Source of the DNA: a bacterium
GTDB taxonomy: Bacteria; Zhuqueibacterota; Zhuqueibacteria; Oceanimicrobiales; Oceanimicrobiaceae
Reading direction: 5' to 3'
Length of the DNA stretch: 23,397 nt
NCBI GenBank assembly: GCA_046757025.1
Contig: JBHHXN010000077.1
Location: forward strand, 1-23,397
Under the pieces are notes generated by a model. The model had not been told where the DNA came from. It worked only from the letters and a program-made list of their open reading frames with translations, and did no database searches. This document shows, one piece after another, positions 1-8,118 of the stretch; the stretch's first letter is position 1; the number at the start of each line of letters is the position of its first letter. Position numbers and translations under genes: made by a program.

Positions 1-198
1 TAAATTAATGGCTTCATTCTGCTATTTTGGAATTTTTCTAACGATAGTTATTATAGACGCCTCAGTAAAAAGTCAAGCTCGTCGTCTCAGGATACAACAT
101 AAAGTATGATGATTACAGACAAGCTACAATATGGTGTATGTCAAGCGAGCCGCGCCGACTTTTTACTAACGCGTCATTGTAAAAAAATAAAAAAAACC

Positions 199-227
199 TT
201 GACAAATAAAATAAAAGTGTTTATATT
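199..227 (+). promoter_or_regulatory. sigma70-type promoter for the DtxR-family gene
   Basis: TTGACA (199-204), 17-bp spacer, TATATT (222-227), upstream A-tract. Confidence 0.75.
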
Positions 228-234
228 GCATCCG

Positions 235-256
235 TTTGTTTGGCATATCAATCAAA
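235..256. promoter_or_regulatory. imperfect palindrome, candidate autoregulatory operator
   Basis: TTTGTTTGGCATATCAATCAAA is self-complementary at 16/22 positions and lies at the predicted TSS; DtxR/MntR repressors typically autoregulate. Confidence 0.45.
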
Positions 257-315
257 TTGATTTATAATAAATCTATTAAGCTGCTATTCATACATAAATA
301 TACTAAGTAATCATC

Positions 316-843
316 ATGAAAGTATGGAAAACCTTTGAACACAATATCATAACCCACAGCGCTGCGCATCACCTCATGACCATTGCCAGCTTACTCAACA
401 AAAATGGTTATGCCCGGGTGACGGACGTAGCCAAGAGTCTGGAAATCACCAGAGGCAGCGCTTCCATCACTTTGAAGGCACTCAAAGAAAAGGGCTACGT
501 GCAGGAAGATGAAAATAAATTCTTGAGATTATCTGACAAAGGAGCGTCGCTCTGCCATTCGATAAAATCCATGCGCATCATTCTCATCAAGTTCATGAAA
601 GACATCCTCAACGTGGACACGGAACAGGCTGAAATCGATGCCTGTAAAATCGAGCATCTGCTGAGCGCCGAAACCGGAGACAAACTGCTGAATTTTTTGA
701 AATTTTTGTTTTCCGAAGACAAACGCGTCAAAGCGTTCTTAAATGCTTACTGGTCAAATGAAAACGAATGCCAGGGACTGATCGAAGAGTGCCAGGTGTG
801 TGAATCCGAGTGTTTGCTGAATGAGAGCACTCACTCATCCTAA
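316..843 (+). CDS. DtxR/MntR-family metal-dependent transcriptional repressor with C-terminal 4-Cys tail
   Basis: wHTH ARVTDVAKSLEITRGSASITLKALKEKGYV; dimerisation motif AEIDACKIEHLLS; tail CQGLIEECQVCESEC. Confidence 0.9.
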   Translation: MKVWKTFEHNIITHSAAHHLMTIASLLNKNGYARVTDVAKSLEITRGSASITLKALKEKGYVQEDENKFLRLSDKGASLCHSIKSMRIILIKFMKDILNVDTEQAEIDACKIEHLLSAETGDKLLNFLKFLFSEDKRVKAFLNAYWSNENECQGLIEECQVCESECLLNESTHSS

Positions 844-858
844 AATTTGATGGACATT

Positions 859-990
859 AAAAAACGCGCTGCCGAGGCTCTGGTAAAGTATCGGGCAACG
901 CGTTTGAAAGCGCGAAAAAAGATGTAACATACTCAATCGGATGAGTATGTTTAATCGACTCTCATAACAGGAGTTGATGCATCCTTTTTC
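859..990 (-). ncRNA. candidate sRNA with own promoter and intrinsic terminator
   Basis: minus-strand TTGACT-17-TATCTT at 1025-997; perfect 10-bp hairpin 926-935/942-951; GC-rich stem 862-875/891-905 ending in U6 on the minus strand. Confidence 0.4.
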
Positions 991-1148
991 TTTTAAAAGA
1001 TAGACAATTTTAAATTGAAAGTCAAGCGGCTCCAACAGAATTTAACGCATGGGAAACCGAATTGGGTGTGGCAAAAACAAATTTGGTGATTTTAGTGACA
1101 TCCAAAAACACAGTAAATTTATCACCTATTTTATGGGGAGAAAGTATT

Positions 1149-1343
1149 ATGAGTGTCAACCAGATGGATTGCATCGCCTGTGGTCGTAACAGCGAGCAGG
1201 TGCCTTTGTTGAATTTACAATTCCGCGGTATGAAATTCTTTATATGTCCGCAGCATTTACCGGTTTTGATACACGACCCCTCTCAGTTGATCGGTAAATT
1301 GCCCGGCGCTGAAGATCTTTCACCGGCTGAACACCGCGACTGA
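1149..1343 (+). CDS. small (64 aa) putative metal-binding protein
   Basis: GGGGAG RBS at 1135-1140 before ATG 1149 (preferred to ORF-track start 1062); CIAC...CPQH motifs. Confidence 0.75.
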   Translation: MSVNQMDCIACGRNSEQVPLLNLQFRGMKFFICPQHLPVLIHDPSQLIGKLPGAEDLSPAEHRD

Positions 1344-1351
1344 ATAGATTC

Positions 1352-1508
1352 TTAACCTGAATTATTCATTCAAAAGAGAGTGAACGTGTTGGGTGTTCAG
1401 CCTTTAGGCTGCCAGAACACGCTGAAGCGTGAACACCGAACGGGCTCTTCAAAACTCAGTTTTTCGATTTTGAGCGTAAAATCCTGGTTTGTGAATAATC
1501 CAAGTTAA
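1352..1508. mobile_element. MITE-like element containing a REP-like doublet
   Basis: terminal IR TTAACCTGAATTATTCA / TGAATAATCCAAGTTAA (15/17); inverted pair GGTGTTCAGCCTTTAGGCTG (1392-1411) and CACGCTGAAGCGTGAACACC (1418-1437). Confidence 0.6.
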
Positions 1509-1547
1509 ATAAAAAATCACCTTTAACAAAAAAAGGAAGGTGTAAAG

Positions 1548-2849
1548 ATGAACAAATCTATTTTAATTTCTCTAATCCCCTTATTACTATGGCCCTTTGT
1601 TGATTTTGGCTTCGCACAACAATCAACTAAACAAGACACCCTCAAAGAATTGATGCGGCGCATGGAAATTCTAACCGAAGAAATTGAAAAAGTAAAATTG
1701 GGCGAAGTAGCTGAACCTGAGTATGAAAGTAAATATGGCATGGGGCCGGCAGCTTCACGGGTATATCATCTTTCCCGTCCAGGCGTTTCCATCGCTGGTT
1801 ACGGAGAAATCGTGTATAACAATTTTTCCGATGAAAGGGATAACAGCAGCGCTTCCGGGCTGACAAACCAGATCGATTTCCTGCGGCACATCACCTATTT
1901 TGGATTTCGATTTAACGACCGGCTGCTGTTCAATTCGGAAATCGAATTTGAGCACGCAAAAACCGCAGACGGGGCGCCCGGTGAAGTGGCCATCGAATTT
2001 GGTTACATCGAAGCCATGCTCCACCCTGCCGTTAATTTGCGGGCCGGTATGGTTTTAGTGCCGGTAGGCATCATCAACGAACTGCATGAACCACCGACTT
2101 TTCACGGTGCGCTGCGCCCGGAAACCACAAAACGAATCGTTCCGACTACCTGGCGCGCCAACGGCTTCGGTCTGGTTGGCGCCACCCAAAACGGTATCGG
2201 TTACAAGATTTACCTGGTGGAGAGTCTCAACGCTGCCAGGTTTTCTTCAAACGGTATCCGAAGCGGTCGCCAGAGCGGCGCCAAAGCCATTGCTGAAGAT
2301 CTGGCAGTTACTGGCCGATTGGAATTTACCGGCATCCCGGGCTTAAATCTTGGCGGGTCTTTCTTTGTGGGGAACACGGCGCAGGCTTTAACAGACAGCA
2401 GTGGCCGAGACTTCGATGCCCGCCTGGATCTCTTTGCTCTGCATTTCATCTTTGCCAGAAAAGGCTTTGAAATTCGCGGTCTGTTCGCACAATCAAAACT
2501 GAACGACGTTATTCAATTAAACAACGCTTTAGGCCTGGTTGGAAGCAACAGCATCGGCGAAAAACAGAACGGTTATTATGTCACCGTAGCGTATGATATC
2601 ATGCCGCTGATTTCCAAGGGAACTTCGAATTATCTGGCGCCATTTGTACAGTTTGAACAATTCGATACCCAAAAAGACATCCCAACGGGCTTTGCGAAAA
2701 ATCTGGCGCGCAAACGCAGCAATTTGACCCTGGGCTTGACTTTCAAACCGCATCCCAATGTGGCATTCAAGTTCGATTACATCAACCGCGACAGCGACGC
2801 TAACACCGCCATCGACCAATTTAACTTAGCGGTGAATTATTTATTTTAA
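1548..2849 (+). CDS. outer-membrane beta-barrel/porin-like protein
   Basis: signal peptide, short coiled coil, amphipathic beta strands, FNSEIEFEH and INELHEPPTF motifs, C-terminal YLF; RBS AGGAAGG. Confidence 0.75.
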   Translation: MNKSILISLIPLLLWPFVDFGFAQQSTKQDTLKELMRRMEILTEEIEKVKLGEVAEPEYESKYGMGPAASRVYHLSRPGVSIAGYGEIVYNNFSDERDNSSASGLTNQIDFLRHITYFGFRFNDRLLFNSEIEFEHAKTADGAPGEVAIEFGYIEAMLHPAVNLRAGMVLVPVGIINELHEPPTFHGALRPETTKRIVPTTWRANGFGLVGATQNGIGYKIYLVESLNAARFSSNGIRSGRQSGAKAIAEDLAVTGRLEFTGIPGLNLGGSFFVGNTAQALTDSSGRDFDARLDLFALHFIFARKGFEIRGLFAQSKLNDVIQLNNALGLVGSNSIGEKQNGYYVTVAYDIMPLISKGTSNYLAPFVQFEQFDTQKDIPTGFAKNLARKRSNLTLGLTFKPHPNVAFKFDYINRDSDANTAIDQFNLAVNYLF

Positions 2850-2856
2850 AAATGAA

Positions 2857-2965
2857 TTCGTGTCCATCCGTAACGAGCCTTTTTTTGTCATGCCCGCAAT
2901 CTTCAAATCAGGTAGGCAAGAGATTGCATACGGACTCGGGAATGACGATTACGGATGGACACGAA
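2857..2965. mobile_element. MITE family A, copy 1
   Basis: perfect 17-bp terminal IR TTCGTGTCCATCCGTAA / TTACGGATGGACACGAA; homologous in inverted orientation to 9279-9410. Confidence 0.75.
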
Positions 2966-2993
2966 AATCACTGAAAAATTCTCAGGTAAAAAA

Positions 2994-3545
2994 ATGCAGA
3001 AGTGTTTCAAAATAACTTTCATCATTTTAATAACTTTAATATATATTTCTTCCATTCATGGTCAATTGCTGAAAACCCAGAAGGAAGCGCTGCAGCAAGC
3101 TTTCCCGGAAAATGCCGAAGTGACTCGAAAAGTGCTTTTTCTGACTGACAAACAGGTAGAAAAGATCCAAAAATTAGCCCGGGTAAAAATAGAATCAAAA
3201 ATGCTAACCTATTATATTGGCAGCAAAAATGACACAATTATTGGTTATGCTTTTTTTGCAAGGGACATCGTGCGTACGAAATTAGCTGCCTTTCTGGTGG
3301 TAGTCAATCCCGACAGCTCTGTCAAGTATATCGACATTTTAGCGTTTCACGAGCCTTTTGATTATCTGCCAACCGCAAACTGGCTAAAACTGTTTGATAG
3401 CAAAAAGCTGAAATCCAGCCTCTGGCCAAATCGGGATATTCATGGTATCAGCGGCGCGACTTTAACGGTTCGAACCCTGACACTGGGCGTGAGAAAAATA
3501 TTAGCCGCATTTCAAATTGCTGTTACAAAGGAGGATCCAAAGTGA
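2994..3545 (+). CDS. exported FMN-binding domain protein (flavinylation target)
   Basis: N-terminal signal/TM; GISGATLT matches the [S/T]GA[S/T] flavinylation motif; AFHEPFDYLP; ORF-track ATG 2955 lies inside the MITE IR so 2994 preferred. Confidence 0.8.
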   Translation: MQKCFKITFIILITLIYISSIHGQLLKTQKEALQQAFPENAEVTRKVLFLTDKQVEKIQKLARVKIESKMLTYYIGSKNDTIIGYAFFARDIVRTKLAAFLVVVNPDSSVKYIDILAFHEPFDYLPTANWLKLFDSKKLKSSLWPNRDIHGISGATLTVRTLTLGVRKILAAFQIAVTKEDPK

Positions 3546-4084
3546 AATACCTGTTAAACGGAAGTTTTCAGAACCAGAATTTGATGAAACTGACGCTGAT
3601 ATTTACACTGATATTTCTGACAGGATTCGTGGCGACAAATTTCGCGCTCTATTTTTCCAAAATGAGCGTTACCGCCGAATCGGTGCGAAATTACTATTTG
3701 GGTTCGGAAGAAGCCTACACCATGCCGCGCACCTATCAATCCATGCTGGAAGTTACGCACTCGCATTTGCCGATGATGGCGCTGGTGGTTTTGCTTTTGA
3801 CGCATTTGCTGATCTTTGCCCCGTACAAACTCAACATCAAAGTCGCGATCATTATCAGCGGATTTTCACTGGCGCTGCTGAACGAATCCGCAGGCTGGCT
3901 CATTCGATTTGTGAGCCCGGAATTGGCCTGGCTAAAGGTCACGACCTTTTTGGGCCTGCAGGCGATTCTGGGATTTCTCATCGTGGCCCTGTCGGTTTTT
4001 TTAATTAAAGGTCGCGCTTTTACACCGTTTATGCCGTCGACTCATCTGAGACAAATGCCCGTAACGAAATCTGAAACTAAATAG
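3542..4084 (+). CDS. multi-pass membrane protein with His-rich helix, possibly heme b-binding
   Basis: GTG start overlaps upstream TGA, RBS GGAGG; about 4 hydrophobic segments; LEVTHSHLPMMALVVLLLTHLL. Confidence 0.75.
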   Translation: MKYLLNGSFQNQNLMKLTLIFTLIFLTGFVATNFALYFSKMSVTAESVRNYYLGSEEAYTMPRTYQSMLEVTHSHLPMMALVVLLLTHLLIFAPYKLNIKVAIIISGFSLALLNESAGWLIRFVSPELAWLKVTTFLGLQAILGFLIVALSVFLIKGRAFTPFMPSTHLRQMPVTKSETK

Positions 4085-4095
4085 CCGCAAATAAC

Positions 4096-6078
4096 ATGAA
4101 ACAAAAACTATTTTATCTTTTGATATTTTCGCCAATTTTGGTAACGATCTTTTTCCTCATTCAGTCCATTTCTCCGAATGAGATTGAGACACGCTCTGCT
4201 GAGCAGAAAAACACCAACCACCTCGAACCAGAACGATTGATATTTTTATTGCAGTACATCGCGGCGGATTATGATGGGGCCGTGAAAAACCGCGAAGTGA
4301 GCAACCCTTACGAATATCAGGAAATGTTGGAATTCATTGAAACTGTGATAAACGGTTATAAAGCTTACCAACAGATAAATGACCACCTGAGTCACCTGGC
4401 CAGTTTGCAAAAATTACAACGATCCATTGAAAAAAAAGCAGACTTCCTTCAGGTGCAGCGCCAGGCCAATGATCTGATAAAAGTTATTTCTGCCGAGTTG
4501 CAAGTGGTACCGTTTCCCCATAAAATGATCGATTTGAACGAAGGCAAAAAATTATATGCCAGTGCGTGTGCACCCTGCCACGGTTTGACCGGCGATGGCC
4601 GCGGCTTTGCAGCGGATAAGCAGAAGCCCAAACCGAACGATTTTCAAAATCCCGAATATATGAACACGCTCACGCCCTATCAGATTTTCAACGCGGTTAC
4701 GTTTGGAGTCACGGGCACCAGCATGCCTTCGTACGAGATTGCCTGTACCGATGCTCAGCGGTGGAATTTGGCTTTTCATGTCATGACCTTACGGGCTGAT
4801 TTCAATCCGGCTCAACAAATACGGAACCCCAAATTGACGGTGAAGGATCTGGCGACTCAATCAAATGCGGATTTGGTAGATCAGCTCTCTCTACAGGTTG
4901 GGGATCTACAAAATGCGTATCAGCTCGTAGATTATTTACGCCTCCATCCACCGCAATTGAGTGTGCAAGAACATCTGCAATTCACACAGCAGCGATTAAG
5001 TAAAAGCTTGGCCGCATTCAAGAAGGGCGAAACTGAACAAGCTGTGCGTTTGACTTTGGCAGCCTACCTCGAGGGGATCGAGCCGGTGGAACCCATGCTG
5101 GATCCGGCGTTTATCAGCCAGCTCGAAACCCAATTAGGCAGCTATCGCCACGCCCTTAAAACCCACGAGTCCGTTTATCAAATCGAAAAACGTTTTCAAG
5201 CGGTGAGCAATTTGTTGAACAATACGCCGGCGGCTGGGCGGTCATCAAGGCTGCAATGGGGATTCACGCTCATTCAGTCGTTGACAATTGTTCTCCGAGA
5301 AGGCGTGGAAGCGGCCCTGATCATCGCGCTGATTTTAACGTATCTCACCGCGCTGAATTTTACGCATTTGCGAAAATACGTTTTGGCTGGCGCGATTGCA
5401 GGTGTGGCCGCAGGATTAATCACCTGGTTTCTATCCAAACTATTTCTTAAAATTTCCCCGCTACAGCAGGGAGCACTGGAAGGTTTGACTTCTCTGTTAG
5501 CCGCGCTGGTGTTATTTTCCATCAGTTTCTGGCTGATTCATAAAGTGGACCTGGAGCGGTGGAAAAAATATATCAAGGTAAAAGCGGAACGAGCCCTGGT
5601 AAGCGGCAGCGGTTTTGCGCTGTCCCTGGTGGCGTTTGTGGCAGTTTACCGAGAGGCGTTTGAAACCGTGCTGTTTTATCAAGCACTGTGGCAAAAAAGT
5701 CTGGTGGTACAATCCGGCCTATTCCTTGGCTTTGCCGTGGGAGTGCTTTTGTTAACCCTGATCATTTTCTTGATCTTTAAAATTGGCTATAAAATTCCCC
5801 TCAAACCTTTTTTCGGCGTCAGCGGCGTTTTGCTGGCTATTTTAGCATTTGTTTTTACGGGTTACGGTGTGCGGGAATTACAGCAAATTGGTTTTCTGAA
5901 TGAAACGCTTCTGCCCTGGAATTTCAATTTGGATTTACTGGAAATCCATGCTACTATGGAAGGCATTTTACTGCAAATGGGCCTATTAATTTCTTTTATG
6001 ATGGGATGGTTTTCAATTTACGTGCAAAAAATCCGCTTAGCCAACCAGGTCAAACTCGATATGGCCCCGGCAAAATGA
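4096..6078 (+). CDS. cytochrome c / FTR1-family iron permease fusion (PbrT-like architecture)
   Basis: CAPCH heme c motif (4567-4581), GTSMP distal Met, two RExxE motifs (REGVE, REAFE), multi-TM C-terminal half. Confidence 0.9.
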   Translation: MKQKLFYLLIFSPILVTIFFLIQSISPNEIETRSAEQKNTNHLEPERLIFLLQYIAADYDGAVKNREVSNPYEYQEMLEFIETVINGYKAYQQINDHLSHLASLQKLQRSIEKKADFLQVQRQANDLIKVISAELQVVPFPHKMIDLNEGKKLYASACAPCHGLTGDGRGFAADKQKPKPNDFQNPEYMNTLTPYQIFNAVTFGVTGTSMPSYEIACTDAQRWNLAFHVMTLRADFNPAQQIRNPKLTVKDLATQSNADLVDQLSLQVGDLQNAYQLVDYLRLHPPQLSVQEHLQFTQQRLSKSLAAFKKGETEQAVRLTLAAYLEGIEPVEPMLDPAFISQLETQLGSYRHALKTHESVYQIEKRFQAVSNLLNNTPAAGRSSRLQWGFTLIQSLTIVLREGVEAALIIALILTYLTALNFTHLRKYVLAGAIAGVAAGLITWFLSKLFLKISPLQQGALEGLTSLLAALVLFSISFWLIHKVDLERWKKYIKVKAERALVSGSGFALSLVAFVAVYREAFETVLFYQALWQKSLVVQSGLFLGFAVGVLLLTLIIFLIFKIGYKIPLKPFFGVSGVLLAILAFVFTGYGVRELQQIGFLNETLLPWNFNLDLLEIHATMEGILLQMGLLISFMMGWFSIYVQKIRLANQVKLDMAPAK

Positions 6079-6081
6079 TTT

Positions 6082-6128
6082 AGAGCTGGCTTTTTTAAGC
6101 AGCTTGAAATTTGGGAAAAAGCTGCTCT
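6082..6128. terminator. possible terminator hairpin between convergent genes
   Basis: AGCAGCTT (6098-6105) / AAGCTGCT (6119-6126); alternative pairing of 6082-6095 with 6116-6128. Confidence 0.3.
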
Positions 6129-6141
6129 GGAAGACAAATCG

Positions 6142-8112
6142 TCAGACGTTTGAAATATCGTATTCTTTCATTTTGCGCCACAGAGTGGTTCGGCCAATGC
6201 CCAGTACTTTTGCCACCAGGTCGTAGTTCCAGTTGTGTACCTCCAGAGCCTCGGCGATATGAATTTTTTCCAGCTCTTTGAGTGTCAAAGTCTGTGATCG
6301 ATTGCGACTCAACGCCACAGCACGGCTGTTAACCACAGTGGGCGGCAGGTCTTCTCTGGTTAAGATTTTTTGAGTGGAAAGCGCCATGGCACGTTCGATG
6401 ACATTTTCCAGCTCCCGCACGTTGCCAGGCCAGGGGTATTTGCGCAGAAGCCGGGCAGCGTCGTCGTTCAATCCGTACACGGCTTTGTTGACTTTACTGG
6501 CATATTTCTTGATGAAAAACTCTGCCAGTGGAAGGATGTCTTCTGGCCGATCTTTTAGCGGTGGAATGGTAATCTGGATGACATTTAAACGATAATACAA
6601 GTCCTGTCGAAACGTGCCCTCTTCCACCATTTTTTCGAGATTTTTATTGGTAGCCGTGATGAGCCGTACATCCAGTTTGATTATCTGGTTGCTGCCAACC
6701 GGTTTAATTTCACCTTCCTGCAAAAAACGCAGCAATTTGACCTGCATGGCCAGGGAGGTTTCCCCGATCTCATCCAAAAAAATAGTGCCGTGATTGGCGG
6801 TTTCGAACAACCCTTTTTTGTTAGCAGTCGCCCCGGTAAAGGCTCCGCGCACGTGTCCGAACAGCTCGCTCTCTAACAAATTTTCGGGCATGGCGCCGCA
6901 GTTAACCACGATGAACGGATTGTCTGCACGAGTGCTGTGCTCATGAATGGCACACGCGACCATTTCTTTGCCGGTACCGCTCTCGCCATCGATGAGAACC
7001 GAAATATTGGTTTGAGCGATGCGGGCCACCAGCTCCAGAATTTTTTGCATGGATTCGCTTTTGCCGATAATATTTCCAAACCGATAGCGCTCATTGGACT
7101 GCACCCAGGAAATGAAATTCTGAATTTCCCGCTCCAGCAATTTGTCCACCACATCCGTGACTTTTTGATGCGCCTGCAAATTGGAATCAACGATTTTTTC
7201 CAGATCGCTTTTTTTGTAATAGTACATGTTGTAGATATTCAGACCGTTGCGTTTTTTGGTCTGTTCAGACAAAATTTCATCATAATACGAAACGTACAAA
7301 AACGGCGCATTTTTTCGCAGGTTCATCACTTTGACGATTTGCTCGTTATGGAAAACATTCTCGAAGTTTTCATCGAACAACAGCAACAGATCCACTTTCG
7401 GCATCACTTCATCCAGCCGGGAAACGGTGACTTTGGTTCCCCGGTACTGTTCACACAGTCGGTTGCCGCCGGTTTGGTCGAGATCCACAAAAATCAGCTC
7501 GCCAATATTTCTTTCATGCAATTTCTGAATAAATTTTTCACAGTCGGAATTGCGAGCCGCTATCAAGGCTTTGTTGTCCTGCAAATCGCCAAATATTTTC
7601 TGGGCTAAATCGGTGACCACCGTTTCTGGAGTGATGGCGTTTTTTTGCAGATTTAATTCGATTCTGACTTTTTCAGAAAGCCAAAGCCCCCGCTGATGCA
7701 GACGGCTAAAGTAGGCGCCGGTTGAACAAGCCTCCCGTGCTTCGGTTAATGCAGAATGGAATTCCGGTCCACGGTTATTGAATTCTCCTTTGCGGTTCAT
7801 GCCGATGGCTAATCTATAAAATTCTAAAATGGCGTCCGGCCCTTCCATTTTAAATTTCAGTTTTGCAATCGTGTCCTGACTAACATGCAGGTCCTTCTGC
7901 ACGAAATCGTAAAATGCCTTTTCCAGCGCGTCTCTCTTCTCTGTCACCGCAAAAACTTGTATCAAGCCCTCAGCTTGATACATGACAATTTCATCAAATA
8001 GTTTTATTGCAGAAATTTGATCGACAAATCTGGATGGCAAAGATGGCTTCTCGAGCACAACCTTTGGTTGATCTTTTTCTCTTAACTCGATTCCAAATGT
8101 AAAAATAGGCAT
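6142..8112 (-). CDS. sigma54-dependent enhancer-binding protein with N-terminal degenerate glutamyl-tRNA reductase (HemA)-like domain
   Basis: C-terminal: GESGTGKE, ESELFGH, GAFTGA, FLDEIGE, RQDLYYRL, WPGNVREL, Fis HTH. N-terminal ~336 aa collinear with HemA (LAQKIFGDL, RKNAPFL, DLEKIVDSNL...FISW) but lacking STCNR and GAGE. Confidence 0.85.
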   Translation of the reverse strand: MPIFTFGIELREKDQPKVVLEKPSLPSRFVDQISAIKLFDEIVMYQAEGLIQVFAVTEKRDALEKAFYDFVQKDLHVSQDTIAKLKFKMEGPDAILEFYRLAIGMNRKGEFNNRGPEFHSALTEAREACSTGAYFSRLHQRGLWLSEKVRIELNLQKNAITPETVVTDLAQKIFGDLQDNKALIAARNSDCEKFIQKLHERNIGELIFVDLDQTGGNRLCEQYRGTKVTVSRLDEVMPKVDLLLLFDENFENVFHNEQIVKVMNLRKNAPFLYVSYYDEILSEQTKKRNGLNIYNMYYYKKSDLEKIVDSNLQAHQKVTDVVDKLLEREIQNFISWVQSNERYRFGNIIGKSESMQKILELVARIAQTNISVLIDGESGTGKEMVACAIHEHSTRADNPFIVVNCGAMPENLLESELFGHVRGAFTGATANKKGLFETANHGTIFLDEIGETSLAMQVKLLRFLQEGEIKPVGSNQIIKLDVRLITATNKNLEKMVEEGTFRQDLYYRLNVIQITIPPLKDRPEDILPLAEFFIKKYASKVNKAVYGLNDDAARLLRKYPWPGNVRELENVIERAMALSTQKILTREDLPPTVVNSRAVALSRNRSQTLTLKELEKIHIAEALEVHNWNYDLVAKVLGIGRTTLWRKMKEYDISNV

Positions 8113-8118
8113 AACAGC

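Noticed and set aside
835..1035. 66-aa minus-strand ORF
   Set aside because: Starts upstream of the predicted promoter and runs through a terminator-like hairpin
6937..7608. 223-aa plus-strand ORF and other antisense/overlapping ORFs (e.g. 3517-4008, 12899-13387, 20040-20507)
   Set aside because: Shadow frames of well-supported genes
7100..8112. Calling this region functional hemA or a hemA pseudogene
   Set aside because: Catalytic Cys and NADPH motifs are absent, yet the frame is intact and continuous with a complete bEBP
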